A stretch of DNA of 64,000 nt from Antedon mediterranea (lineage: Eukaryota; Animalia; Echinodermata), in NCBI RefSeq assembly GCF_964355755.1, contig NC_092672.1, positions 20,411,237 to 20,475,236 of the forward strand. The letters run 5' to 3'. Of this stretch, positions 25,301 through 38,104 are shown piece by piece (within the stretch, counting starts at the first letter, position 1; every line of letters starts with the position of its first letter). The position numbers and the translations under genes were made by a program. The notes beneath the pieces are model-generated. The model saw only the letters and a program-made list of their open reading frames with translations. It searched no databases and had not been told where the DNA came from.

Positions 25301-25818
25301 TACGAGTAAGCCAAAATTTGGGTACGAGTTGGTGGGTACGAGTTGGCATGGGTACGGGTTGACCTGTATTCTTCGGCTAGTATATTGTCCAGGTGATTAT
25401 ATCATGGACCTAGCGTACACACTTCTCGGATACATAGATACTAATCGAATACGATTTGTCCGTGAAAACGTGCGCCCTCTCGAAATGATCGAGCGAGGCT
25501 AGCCCACACACGTGCGTGTTACACACACGGTCATGCACTCGATGTTGCGGCGAAACTCATGAATAACAAGTTAGAAAGAACTTGTTGAGGCTGGGCGCGG
25601 CCGAGCCTAGGTATTAAGAAAAAACCTAATAAAGGACGCCGTTGTAGATATAACAAAATATATTATTACAATAATATTGATTACAATTTAAAAAAACATT
25701 GTTTTGATGAAATATAAGGTGCGTCTTATACATCGACGATATAAAAAATACCGATATTTTACTCTCAGTTGGGGGTGCGTCTTATACACAGGTGCGACTT
25801 ATACACCGAAATATACGG
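22365..25818. mobile_element. pogo/Tigger-like (Tc1-mariner) non-autonomous element
   Basis: TIR ccgtatatttcggtgtataagtcgcac...gtgcgacttatacaccgaaatatacgg, TA-flanked, with repeated subterminal gggtgcgtcttatacac motif. Confidence 0.8.
22769..25371. mobile_element. MULE/Mutator-like foldback element nested in the pogo element
   Basis: Exact 9-bp TSD ttcggctag (22760-22768, 25372-25380); inverted subterminal arrays of aacccgtaccc/actcgtaccc; internal 24-bp and ~200-bp repeats. Confidence 0.85.
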
Positions 25819-25994
25819 TATATGTATTGTAAGTCCTAGAGCAAGCTGTTTAATTGGGATTTTAATAGTAAAAAATACAGTAAAATACAAATTACAACAA
25901 ATAAGAAGGTTGTAACATGTTTAGTGCAACCTATCTATAAAACAATACAACACAACCATTTTAGTTTTTGCTTAATTATTCAATATCGAAAACA

Positions 25995-26310
25995 AACAGG
26001 TGTAAGCTGACCTGGTAGGGAAGCCTGTTGCACTGATCTCAATTGTTTCAAGTTAACTTAACTAAACAAGGGTATCCACCAGTCATAGATGGGTACATTG
26101 TTAGTGCAAAAAGACACAAAACAACAGCTGTGAGCTGACCTGGTAGGGAAGCCTGTTCACTGATCTGAATTGTTTCAAGTTAACTTAACTAAACAAGGAT
26201 ATCAACCAGTCATAGATGGGCACATTGTTAGTATAAAAAGAACACAAAACAATAGCTGTAAGCTAACCTGGTAGGGAAGCCTGTTGCACTGATCTCAATT
26301 GTTTCAAGAA
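25995..26310 (-). repeat. ~113-bp tandem copies of a MYO19 exon 3' end plus splice donor
   Basis: cctggtagggaagcctgttgcactgatctcaattgtttcaag occurs at ~26010, ~26140 and in the real exon at 26267. Confidence 0.85.
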
Positions 26311-26446
26311 CACCGCAAGCACGTAGTTGATTTATAACATGAACGTTATCAAAGCTGTCTGGTTGACACTCAAGACTTGGTTTGATACAGCGGATGTAGT
26401 GAGGTGTTGTTTCATGTGAAGTAGCCATAAGACTGTCCAATGAATT
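26268..26446 (-). CDS. MYO19: MYO19 exon (actin-binding/SH1 region)
   Basis: NSLDSLM...PHYIRCIKP...[20 protein letters not shown]. Confidence 0.9.
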
Positions 26447-26796
26447 CTAAGATATAAGATACAATTGTTAGATTGTTATCCCGAAGATTACATGTAAAAA
26501 CTAAATGGTATCAACCAAAATAAGTATAAGTAAATACAAAATGGATTGAGGAAATATGTCTGATAATCAAAAAAAAAATATCTTGCATATATTTATTATT
26601 ATAAGTTACATTTTCAACAGAAGTTTAAAAAAAATTGGGAAGCAATAATTTGAGTGATCTTGCAGATGTTTATTTTATTTATTTCAGCATCATAAAAAAC
26701 AATTTACAGATAAAATACAATTAATATAATATACAGGAAACAAAATATGAAACATCAACAATATACAAAAACAGGGATGCCGAGCATAACCCATAA

Positions 26797-29700
26797 TAGT
26801 AGAGCAGTTAATGACATGAGCTGTGCATTTTATTCCCAAAGCATGAAACTTGGCACAAAGTTTTTTTGATGTATATAGATTCAAAATATCGGGGGTGCCA
26901 AGCGTCCAACGTCCGGTATGGCGGCCATCTTGATTTCAAAATGGCCACCATAAAAACAAAAAATGTTCATATCTTGGCAACTATACACATTAGAGACTTA
27001 ATTCTGGTCTCAAATTGTTCACAAACTATATATTTCTATTTGCTCTAATGAAAAGTTTCGTCCAAAAATGACCGGAAATGACGTTTCTTACAGTTTGACC
27101 TTTGACCTCGTATTTGTATATCTCTGTAACTACTGGTCATTTTCAATCGATTTTGGTGTCATTTTGTTGAGAATAAATACATTTGTATTTGCAGTAATGA
27201 AACATTTTCACATAAAATGACCGGAAATGCAATTTATGACCTTTGACATTAATTTATTGATTTTTAATTATGTGAATATACTGTAGGTGGTTTTTGTTGG
27301 TCTAAAGTGCACCTAATTTTGAAATTTAACCTGATAGGCGTAATTATATTAAATGATTAATGGACTTAAATTGTATATAGTACATAAAATTGGTAAACAT
27401 TGTGCTTGGTGGTACCATTAGTTCAATGAAGTTGGCACCTTCTGATTCGCTAAAAGTTTTAATAGTTTGACAGAGGAAATAACATACATGTTATTGAATA
27501 CCGTAAAACCTCGAAAAGGTGATAGTATGAGCTTCTTTTCGAGACAGACTGTATTTGATTGTCAAATGAATATAGTATGATGATTTTGTTTATATCAATA
27601 TATTATTAATGACCTTACAAAGAACCCTTTCTATTTCAACAATTTAAAGCCACAGTTATTCTACAATTTATTGTTTTCCAAGTGGTTGGCCTATTTTGAT
27701 TGCATCTGGTTTTTGTATGCTTCCTCGGTTAATATGGTCCTAACCCTCCTTCTTTGTCTGTAGATGATCTTATACCCCATTCTTTGTCTGTGGATGGTCT
27801 TTACCCGCTTCTGTGTCTGTTGATGGTATTATTACACCCCTTTCTTTATGTGTGGATGGTCTTACACCCATTTCTTTGTCTGTAGATGGTCTTACACCCC
27901 TTCTTTGTCTGTGGATGGTCCTACACTCCCTTCTTTGTCTGTGGATGGTCCTACACCCCTTATTTTTCTGTGGATGGTCCTACACCCGCTTCTTTGTCTG
28001 TGGATAGTCTTATGCACCCTTCTTTGTCTGTGGATGGTCTTACACCCCTTTCTTTGTCTGTGGACGGTCTTATACCCCTTTCTTTGTCTGTGGATGGTCT
28101 TATGCCCCCTTCTGTGTCTGTTGATGGTATTACACCCCTTTCTTTGTCTGTTGATGGTATTAAACCCCTTTCTTTGTGTGTGGATGGTCTTACACCCCTG
28201 TCTTTGTCTGTAGATGGTCTTATACCCCCTTCTGTGCCTGTGGGTGATCTTATAATCCCTTCTTTGTATGTGGATGGTCTTACACCCCTTCTTTGTCTGT
28301 GGGTGGTCTTACATCCCCTTCTTTGTCTGTGGTGGTGATGGTCCTACACCTCCTTTTTTGTCTGTGGATGGTCTTATACCCCTTCTTTGTCTGTAAGTGG
28401 TCCTATACCCCTTTCTTTGTCAGTGGACGGTTCTACACCCCCTTCTTTGTCTGTGGATGGTCTTACACCCCTTTCTTTTTCTGTGGACGGTCTTATACCC
28501 CCTTCTGTGCCTGTGGGTGATCTTATACCCCCTTCTTTGTCTGTTGATGGTATTACACCCCTTTCTTTGTCCGTTGATGGTATTACACCCCTTTTTTGTT
28601 TGTGGATGGTCTTATACACCCCTTTCTTTGTGTATGGCTGGTCTTGCACTCCTTTAATTTGTCTGTGGATGGTCTTATACCCCTTCTTTGTCTGTAAGTG
28701 GTCCTATACCCCTTTCTTTGTCAGTGGTGGATGGTCTTACACCCCATTCTTTGTCTGTGGACGGTTCTACACCCCCTTCTTTGTCTGTGGATGGTCTTAC
28801 ACCCCTTTCTTTTTCTTTGGACGGTTTTATACTCCTTCTGTGCCTGTGGGTGATCTTATACCCCATTCTTTGTATGTTGATGGTATTACACCCCTTTCTT
28901 TGTCCGTTGATGGTATTACACCCCTTTTTTGTATGTGGATGGTCTTATACACCTTTTTGTGTATGGATGGCCTTGCACTCCTTTAATTTGTCTGTGGATG
29001 GTCTTATTTCTTTGTCTGTGGATGGTCTTATACCCCTTTCTTTGTCTGTGGACGGTCTTATATCCCCTTCTTTGTCTGTGGATGGTCTTCTCCCCTTCTT
29101 TGTCTGTGGATGGTCCTACACCCCCTTCTTTGTCTGTGGATGGTCCTACACCCCTTATTTGTCTGGGGATGCTCTTATACCCTCTTCTTTGTCTGTAAGT
29201 GGTCCTATACCCCTTTCTTTGTCAGTGGATGGTCTTGCACCCCCTTCTTTGTCTGTGGACGGTCCTACGCCCCCTTCTTTGTCTGTGGACGGTCCTATAC
29301 CCCTTTTTTTGTCAGTGGATGGTCTTATACCCCCTTCTTTGTCTGTGGACGGTCCTACATCCCCTTCTTTGTCTGTAGATGGCCTTACACCCCCTTTTTT
29401 GTCTGTGGATGGTCTTATACCCTCTTCTTTGTATGTGGATGGTCTTACAACCCCTTCTTTGTCTGTGGATGGTCTTACACCCCCTTCTTTGTCTGTGGAT
29501 GGTCTTACACCCCCTTCTTTGTCTGTGGATGGTCTTACACCCCCTTCTTTGTCTGGACCCACTACTTTGATTGATTAAATTAGACATTGTTTCTTGTATG
29601 ATTAGGAAACCAAGACCTTTAAAGTGAAAGTCCACAGGTGGATGCCTAAACAGGTCTTGTACAGAACAGTATATTGTAGGTCCATGTCACTAATTTGAGG

Positions 29701-30523
29701 ATTACTTGAATAATTATATTGAGATGTCTTTTACGAATTGATTTAGTTCGGATTTTTCTAAAAAATCAATGACTAGAGAAAATCGAGGAAAAGGATTCAG
29801 ATGAAAGGTTTACAGCAAAGGCCCATTACCATAAAAATGGAGTACATTTGTTTAGATGCAACGAAAAAACGTTTGACACATCACAGTTTAGCAAACATGT
29901 CGGCATAGATGAGCTCAGTGATCTGTCATACTTTATGCCTATCCTATCACTTCAAAAGTAAAAAATTCAGAATAATAATTCCGTGTCATTTATTTCGGTA
30001 AAAAAATTAGGTGCATTTATACCAATTTAACCACATACAGTATGTTCACATAATTATATATGTCAAAGGTTATAAATTGTATTTCCAGTCATTTTATGTG
30101 AAAATGTTTCATTACTACAAATATAAATGTCTTTATTCTGAACAAAATGACACCAAAATCGATTGAAAATGATCAGTAGTTAATGAGATATACAGATAAA
30201 AGGTCAAAGGTCAAACTGGAAGAAACGTCATTTCCGGTCATTTTTGGACGAAACTTTTCATTAGAGCAAATAGAAATATGTGGTTTGTGAACAATTTAAC
30301 ACCAGAATCAAGTCTCTACTGTTTACAGTTGCCAAGATATAAACACTTTTTGTTTTTATGGTGGCCATTTTGAAATCAAGATGGCCGCCATACCGGACGT
30401 TGGACACTTGGCACCCCCCGATATTTTGAATCTATATACATCAAAGAAACTTTGTGGAAAGTTTCATGCTTTGGTAATAAAGTGCACAACTTGGCTATTT
30501 TTATGGCGTTAACTGCTCTACTA
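26797..30523. mobile_element. Non-autonomous Academ-type element in a MYO19 intron
   Basis: Ends TAGTAGAGCAGTTAA...TTAACTGCTCTACTA; TSD TAA (26794-26796, 30524-30526); ~500-bp TIRs sharing motifs (gccatcttg/aaaatggc, tttgacc, aaatgaccggaa) with 11533-14553. Confidence 0.85.
27740..29560. repeat. 30-bp minisatellite, ~60 copies
   Basis: Consensus ccttctttgtctgtggatggtcttacaccc. Confidence 0.95.
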
Positions 30524-30706
30524 TAAAAGGCCTTGTTTCCCTGTTTCTCCTTTTTTCAAGAAAAAGCAAAAACAACAACAAAGCAAAAAAACCTATCTAA
30601 ATTCTAAAGCAAGAGCTCAATTAGTCTTGAAGCTATTTTTCCATACTAATTTCATCAAGAGTCTAAATTAAGTTTTGAATGAGTTTCAACTTTCAGGATT
30701 CTGTAC

Positions 30707-30763
30707 CTTAAATGTTGATACCACTGTAGATGTAGTCTTTTTGCCTTTTGTTTTACTTGGACT
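30707..30763 (-). CDS. MYO19: MYO19 exon (loop 2)
   Basis: SPSKTKGKKTTSTVVSTFK; AG/GT boundaries. Confidence 0.8.
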
Positions 30764-30929
30764 CTGAAAAAAATTCATAAAATTAACATATTTTAGGTTA
30801 AACAGAACTATTGACATAACTGACAAGATGCAAAGACATTATAAATATCACACATTTATTCGGCATTGTTCTTTGTTTAAAAGTTTCATGATGTAACATT
30901 GATGAAGACAGAACTTTAAAAGCAATGGT

Positions 30930-31430
30930 ATAGTGTTAGTACGGTGTTACTACAGTGTTAGTATGGTGTTAGTATGGTGTTACTACAGTGTTAGTATGGT
31001 GTTACTACAGTGTTAGTATGGTGTTAATATGGTGTTACTACAGTGCTAGTATGGTGTTACTACAGTGTTAGTATGGTGTTACTACAGTGTTAGTATGGTG
31101 TTACTACAGTGTTAGTATGGTGTTACTACAGTGTTAGTATGATGTTACTACATTGTTAGTATGGTGTTACTACATTGTTAGTATGGTGTTACTACAGTGT
31201 TAGTATGGTGTTACTACAGTGTTAGTATGGTGTTACTACAGTGTTAGTATGGTGTTACTACAGTGTTAGTATGGTGTTACTACATTGTTAGTATGGTGTT
31301 ACTACATTGTTAGTATGGTGTTACTACATTGTTAGTATGGTGTTACTACAGTGTTAGTTTGATGTTAGTATGGTGTTACTACATTGTTAGTTTGATGTTA
31401 GTATGGCATTAGTATAGTGTTACTATGGTG
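30930..31430. repeat. 22-bp (11+11) tandem repeat
   Basis: Unit gtgttagtatggtgttactaca. Confidence 0.95.
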
Positions 31431-31458
31431 TTTAAAAACAAATGAAAAGATCAATCAC

Positions 31459-31551
31459 CTGTAAACTGGTAACATTAGCATCAACTAATTGTTGCACAAA
31501 CTTCTTGCTGCTAATTTTAAGCAAATCTACAAGTTCTGCTGGAATACCATC
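31459..31551 (-). CDS. MYO19: MYO19 exon
   Basis: DGIPAELVDLLKISSKKFVQQL... Confidence 0.85.
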
Positions 31552-32733
31552 CTAAACACATCAAATGATACACAATAAATTAATTAGTAAATGAACATTC
31601 ACCTGTGTACACTGCACATCAAATCTAATGAGCAAATATAATGTAATAGCAATAAGGTTTCCATTCGAAGTAAATATTATAGGGATGCTCAGAAAAAAAG
31701 CTATGGTAATAGGGCAGGAGGGCAAGTTGGTAAATTGATTGTTCGTAACTTGATGAAATTGTAATATTGGAGAGCATATGTGGTTAAATAGGTTGAAACA
31801 CTCTTGTCGTTTTCTAAATAGAATTGTGTTAGTGAACCAATTCTTATTTTGATATAAAACCAGAGATATGTAATACTGTATGTAAGCTGAAGGCTGAGCA
31901 CGTACTCCAGACTGAAAAAAGATGGCAGCCGTAAATGTTTCAAAAACATTATTTAACATAACAAATAATAATCAAATATAATACATTCACATATTCTTGT
32001 CAAAGCACAGTGAAGATTTATAAATCGCAATGGAATGAATAAATTCTAGGTAATCTAGCATTTTTGTATTTGAGGATTATATAGAATGCGTTCACGGTTA
32101 TACGCTTAACACGCTGCATTGTGTATTGTTCTCACGCAGATAGGCTCAACACAGGCATATAGCAGTGCGTACTGCGTAGGGCATATCTGATTGGTCGATT
32201 GAAAGCCGCTATTTTGTTGGTTCCCTCTCCATGGAGAATCACCTTTTGAACTGCGATAACTTTGTAGTTTGACATCTAGCCTTCGGCTATATAATATCAT
32301 TGTATTAAACAAATATAAACTATTTGACTGTTGACCATTGTTTTTATTAATGACAGGCTAACCTTTAATTTGTTCCTATACACATGTTGTATTCTAAAGT
32401 TGATAATTAAATTGTCTGGTCCTTCCTCCTTGATCTCACAACAAGTTTTGAACAAATGAGCTAAGATAGTTTAGCAAAAGCAAAAGCTTTTCCAACTTAA
32501 ATGGTGTATCCTCTTCTTACATAGGTGATAGAGCATTACCTATAGCTACAAACAGCCATTGATACATTTTCCTGTGGTATTTATTTTCAGTTATAAGATT
32601 ATGAGAAATAAGTTTAAACGAAGCAGATGCACTATTCCATAATTGTAATGCTTTGAGAAACTATTTATGAACTTCTAACCCCCTTTTTTTGTGAATATAC
32701 TGTAAAACTGGCTTTCAGTTTTAAGTATATTAC

Positions 32734-32910
32734 CTTATTCTTTTCAATTAGACCATCCACTTGGTACGTAACTTTCTCTGCATAGTGATGCACAACAAAA
32801 GCTGGTGATGTCACTGATATGTGTGCACGAGATAAGCTTGCACTGCTGATGGTGTCATGAAGAAACTCACAAAATGAACTTGGATCTGAATGTCTGTTTA
32901 ACTTGCATTG
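32734..32910 (-). CDS. MYO19: MYO19 exon
   Basis: QCKLNR...FVVHHYAEKVTYQVDGLIEKNK. Confidence 0.88.
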
Positions 32911-33485
32911 CTATAAACAAGATAAACTTGCAATTAGTTCATAGAAAGTAAATGACATAATAACATGATTGTGATCCTTAGATAGACAGTCTAAGCAACT
33001 TGTAGTTTGCAACTGGTTGTGGTGCTACTGTACTTTTGCACCTAACTCACTGGGCAAAAGGTCACTCACCATCACTGATGTGCAGTAGGTGAATATTTTT
33101 AAATTGGGGTTTAGCTTGAGGTGCAAAAGTACATCAGAACCAGGTTTTCTAGTGTAAACTAGGCTCAAAAGTCCATTGTTTATCTTCTTACAAACGACAG
33201 TTTATTTTTATTGAAAGACAAACTATGGTTTGTAAGACAAACTATGCCTGTATGGTAAAAACCACTGTTTCTCAAAATGTCAAATTCAAAATACAAAGGA
33301 GTTATTATTTTACGACGTACTGTACTACGATTGAGAAAGGCAAATTCTCAATACATCTTGTTTTACAGCAGTTTATCTTTCAATAAAAAGACAAACAACA
33401 GAATACAGGTCTTTTCCAACCATAATTGGTGAAAAACTATGACAAATTATTTTTTTGTATTTTGCTGTGGAATAGCAACACTTAC

Positions 33486-33596
33486 TTGAGTCATAAGTGC
33501 AAATATACTGATGTTGCCTTCAATAACATCAAGACATGTTTTATTGTCAGTAAAGTCTTCAAATTTCCATGGAATTCCCTCAGATTGACAGTCATC
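33486..33596 (-). CDS. MYO19: MYO19 exon
   Basis: EGIPWKFEDFTDNKTCLDVIEG. Confidence 0.88.
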
Positions 33597-33924
33597 CTAA
33601 AATAATATAAACATGGCTGTTTAATCAGCAGTATAATTATGTTTATAAAGGTTCATCATTATCACTGTTAGAGAAAAAAAGTGAATGATAAACTTTAATT
33701 ATTATTGTTATCTTAATTATTTCATATTATATTATAATTATACTAGTATTTTGATATTTTTTTTACAAGATTCGTTTGATATAAACTAAAAGAAGTGCCA
33801 TATTATTGTTCTTCAATTTTTTTTTAAATAATAGAACTGTTGTTATTATCACTCTAATAAAACACCGTAGCACCAACTGTATATTAGCATACTCTATATA
33901 TAGAAAATAAGTTTGTTGGAATAC

Positions 33925-34114
33925 CTGTTCTGCTTTGAGGAAGTTGTGCACAAAATGTTGCTGAAGCTTCTCATTTGCATAATTTATGCATTATTGCTCC
34001 AAACTGTTAAATGAAAAACTTTCAAATCCGTAGACATCCAGTACACCAATGTAAGACTGCCAACTTCTGGCCATGGTACAGCCATTGATGAATCCAACGA
34101 GCCAATCAAAAACT
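33925..34114 (-). CDS. MYO19: MYO19 exon (switch II/relay helix) containing a premature TAA
   Basis: VFDWLVGFIN...[33 protein letters not shown]. Confidence 0.88.
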
Positions 34115-34599
34115 CTGAAACGTTAAACCATAATTTAGTCACAGTCTTCAAAGCTAGTTTTTTTTTGGTAAAACCAAAGTGGGGTTGAAAAAGTTTGCAT
34201 GTAAACATTTTCTCCTGTTACATACTAACTACATGACAAAGAAAGAAATTAGACAGAAAGAAGTCAGGCCATGACAGAAAAAGAGATTAGGCAAGAAAAA
34301 AAAATTAATTAAATTGACTAAATATTAGAGTTTGCATGTAATGTATGTTTATTTTATTTTTGCGAATGTTTAAAGGTGTATGTAGGATTTGTTGTGGGCA
34401 ATCCACCTCAGTGCAGCCCAGCATGCATATGGGGAAGCAAAGAAAAGTTATTGGATTTGTACAACATCTTCTGTGGGTTTGTTTTGAATGTATAACAGGT
34501 CAGTAAAAAGGCAAATACTGCACAACAAGAATCATTTTCAAAAGAGTAAATAGGTTTCTTTCACTACAAACAAATATAGCTTTAATGTTTGTAAACTAC

Positions 34600-34786
34600 A
34601 TGGCATAGAGTAACTTTGCAAGACAATCTCTCCTTTTATGACATTCATCTTTTAAGCAAGGTTTCATAAAGACACTCTTTCTACGCTTGTGAGATGCAGT
34701 GATTTGTCGGAATGCAAGACATCTAGTTAAGGCATCAACATCAAGACCAAGTAACTGTGCAGCAGCATTAACAGATGTGTCAACTC
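34600..34786 (-). CDS. MYO19: MYO19 exon
   Basis: AAQLLGLD...VFMKPCLKDECHKRRDCLAKLLYA; weak donor AT|gtagtt. Confidence 0.85.
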
Positions 34787-35141
34787 CTGATGAAGCAACA
34801 TCAATAGTACAACAATATGATATATTGAATAATTAGTAAATTAGAAAATCTCTCTTAGGCTGAAATATTTTATCAACATTTTTTGAAGATGGAGAAGAAT
34901 ATTAATAAGATTATTTAAGATTTTAAAATGATATAATTATTAACAATATTTTTAAGATATTTTGTGACCAACCTACCATAACATTAAGGTATTCCTTATG
35001 TCCGTTTTTAGTTATTTCTCATATATTATATTATGGTAGAAATAAAAACAAATTAAAAAATACTAAAAAGATATATATACTGTTGATAGAATATTTTGAA
35101 TCATAAGTAAATGCCAATTTATTATAAACATAATCTATTAA

Positions 35142-35683
35142 AACTTAAAGGTTGCAACTACTTTAAGCTAAACTATAAATACTGTATGCAATCTTAAAGG
35201 TCGCAACTACTTTAAGCTAAACTATAAATACTGTATGCAAACTTAAAGATCGCAACTACTTTAAGCTAAACTATAAATACTGTATGCAATCTTAAAGGTT
35301 GCAACTACTTTAAGCTAAACTATAAATACTGTATGCAATCTTAAAGGTCGCAACTACTTTAAGCTAAACTATAAATACTGTATGCAATCTTAAAGGTCGC
35401 AACTACTTTAAGCTAAACTATAAATACTGTATGCAATCTTAAAGGTCGCAACTACTTTAAGCTAAACTATAAATACTGTATGCAATCTTAAAGGTCGCAA
35501 CTACTTTAAGCTCAACTATAAATACTGTATGCAAACTTAAAGATCGCAACTACTTTAAGCTAAACTATAAATACTGTATGCAATCTTAAAGATCGCAACT
35601 ACTTTAAGCTAAACTATAAATACTGTATGCAATCTTAAAGGTTGCAACTACTTTAAGCTAAACTATAAATACTGTATGCAATC
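35142..35683. repeat. 49-bp tandem repeat, ~11 copies
   Basis: Unit tcttaaaggtcgcaactactttaagctaaactataaatactgtatgcaa. Confidence 0.95.
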
Positions 35684-35739
35684 GTTTTATTGGTATAATA
35701 CAGAAAATAATTAAACAGCATAACCTTTATATCATTTAC

Positions 35740-35827
35740 CTTGTTTTTCAGAATCAATTTCACATGGTCCAGTGACATCATCACTAATAAACTCTATATT
35801 TCCAAGATGAAGTATACCACTTAGAAC
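35740..35827 (-). CDS. MYO19: MYO19 exon
   Basis: VLSGILHLGNIEF. Confidence 0.88.
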
Positions 35828-36023
35828 CTACAAATAAACACATTTTCAAATTCAATTCAATAATTCAAAAAATAGAATTATAACATTACTATTAGATTTA
35901 TGTATAAAAAACATCAAAGTCTATTATCACTTATTTATATACTACCATTTGGTTTTCATTACCATAAATTTGTAAAAGTTGTTTTGAATCAATATACTAT
36001 CATAATTGTAAAAACTAGGTAAA

Positions 36024-36562
36024 AGTTCACTGATGTTTACTGTCCACATGTGCTGGATTAGTTCAACCAAGGCATCTAAACACATTGCTTTGGTTCAGTT
36101 AGTTCACTGATGTTTAGTGTCCACATGTGCTGGATTAGTTCAACCAAGGCATCTAAACACATTGCTTTGGTTCAGTTAGTTCACTGATGTTTACTGTCCA
36201 CATGTGCTGAATTAGTTCAACCAAGGCATCTAAACACATTGCTTTGGTTCAGTTAGTTCACTGATGTTTACTGTCCACATGTGCTGGATTAGTTCAACCA
36301 AGGCATCTAAACACATTGCTTTGGTTCAGTTAGTTCACTGATGTTTACTGTCCACATGTGCTGGATTAGTTCAACCAAGGCATCTAAACACATTGCTTTG
36401 GTTCAGTTAGTTCACTGATGTTTACTGTCCACATGTGCTGGATTAGTTCAATCTAGGCATCTAAACACATTGCTTTGGTTCAGTTAGTTCACTGATGTTT
36501 ACTGTCCAAATGTGCTGGATTAGTTCAACCAAGGCATCTAAACACATTGTTTTGGTTCAGTT
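36024..36562. repeat. 77-bp tandem repeat, ~7 copies
   Basis: Period 77 (36024, 36101, 36178). Confidence 0.95.
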
Positions 36563-36649
36563 ACTAATAATATCACCACTAAGTTTAACCATGTTTTACC
36601 AGTGAATTCACTCTTCCCTGGTAAAACAATGTTTGTTAAGTAACCAGTT

Positions 36650-36965
36650 CTAATTAAGTAAAAGTTTCTTACTTTAAATAATTCTTGTTTCTGTGACCGG
36701 CTAAGTCCAACATTAGACATTGCTTACTAACTAATTAAGTAAAAGTTTCTTTAAATAATTCTTGTTGCTGCGACCGGCTAAGTCCAACATTAGACATTGC
36801 TTACTAACTAATTAAGTAAAAGTTTCTTACTTTAAATAATTCTTGTTGCTTTGACTTGCTAAGTCCAACATTACGCATTGCTTATTAACTAATTAAGTAA
36901 AAGTTTCTTACTTTAAATAATTCTTGTTGCTGTGACCTGCTAAGTCCAACATTACACATTGCTTG
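36650..36965 (-). repeat. ~78-82-bp tandem copies of a MYO19 exon 3' end plus splice donor
   Basis: aattaagtaaaagtttcttactttaaataattcttgtt...ctaagtccaacatta four times; the last copy is the real exon end. Confidence 0.88.
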
Positions 36966-37109
36966 CTTTGTAACTACAAAATCTTGTTTATCCTTTTGAT
37001 TACATGCATCTTCTGAACGGTTTAGTTTTACATAGTTTAAGTTGTCTGAACTCAATACATTTGGTAGTAACCAGTTCCTCATTTCCCTTTCATTTCCGCC
37101 AAACAGCAT
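36912..37109 (-). CDS. MYO19: MYO19 exon
   Basis: MLFGG...DFVVTKQAMCNVGLSRSQQQELFK. Confidence 0.85.
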
Positions 37110-37767
37110 CTATGATAATTTGAAAGAAGAAATGTTAATGATAATTATTATTAAAAAAACTAATAATGAGAATATAAACTAATAATATATTTCATGCTTA
37201 GATAAAATTAGTAGAGTGAGTGCTTTCTTGCCCTATATTACAAAATATTACAAAGTGACAATTTTGTTTCAAGATGTTTAATATCAGTACCAGAAAGATC
37301 CTTTTCACATCTGCCTACATTGATCTCCAGACTTATTACATGTTTTCATATTTACTCACGAACCTTGTGAAATCACGGGAGAAGTATTGTCATTGTACAG
37401 TTGGGGGTGCTATCATTAGCGCAACCTCAAGTTTGTGAAAAAAAACCGTCACGTTCCGATACTTTCAAACAGGTGTGCGGTCAGTTAAATACCAGGACAA
37501 AGCACAAATGCGCAGAACAAACAAAAAAACAAGCCCATGTGAATATCAGTAGAATTTTAACAACCTGATTACAACCAAAGGGTATAATTCCTGACATATG
37601 TTTGCTATTAGCCTACTCACTTTAGAAACATGGCAACAGAAATATATTGCAGGGTTTTCTCTAACCTGCAGAAAATATGCAAATGTATCACAGTTTCCAG
37701 CAGTTAAGTTAAACAGTTGGTTATCCGGTTTAAAGGTACACAAAAATGAAACATAACTAATACTAAC

Positions 37768-37870
37768 TTGGTAAAAGATGTGAAAATTCCTGGCACCATC
37801 ACATTGATAAACAACTCTAGTTTTCTCAAGAAGATATGTCTGAATAGAAGCACCAACAACATGATTTCCA
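37768..37870 (-). CDS. MYO19: MYO19 exon
   Basis: [15 protein letters not shown]...RNFHIFYQ. Confidence 0.9.
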
Positions 37871-38034
37871 CTGAAAAAAAAATTGTAAAGTTAAAATAAG
37901 AATTGCTCTTGTGTGTAATTTCATTCTTGCCTGCTATGACACACAAAATGGCATATGTAGAAACTCAAAATGCATGGCCTGTATACAGTATGTTGGTTGA
38001 ACATTGATAAATAAAAATAATGTATGAAACTTAC

Positions 38035-38104
38035 CGACTGAATTGTAGCTGAATGTACTTTCCAAAGCGGCTACTATTGTGATTCCTGGTTGTGCTAGCA
38101 TTGC
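38035..38104 (-). CDS. MYO19: MYO19 exon (switch I)
   Basis: GNASTTRNHNSSRFGKYIQLQF. Confidence 0.9.

Noticed and set aside
27813-29635. Many overlapping ORFs in the ORF track
   Set aside because: By-products of a stop-poor 30-bp minisatellite; frames are broken by indels.
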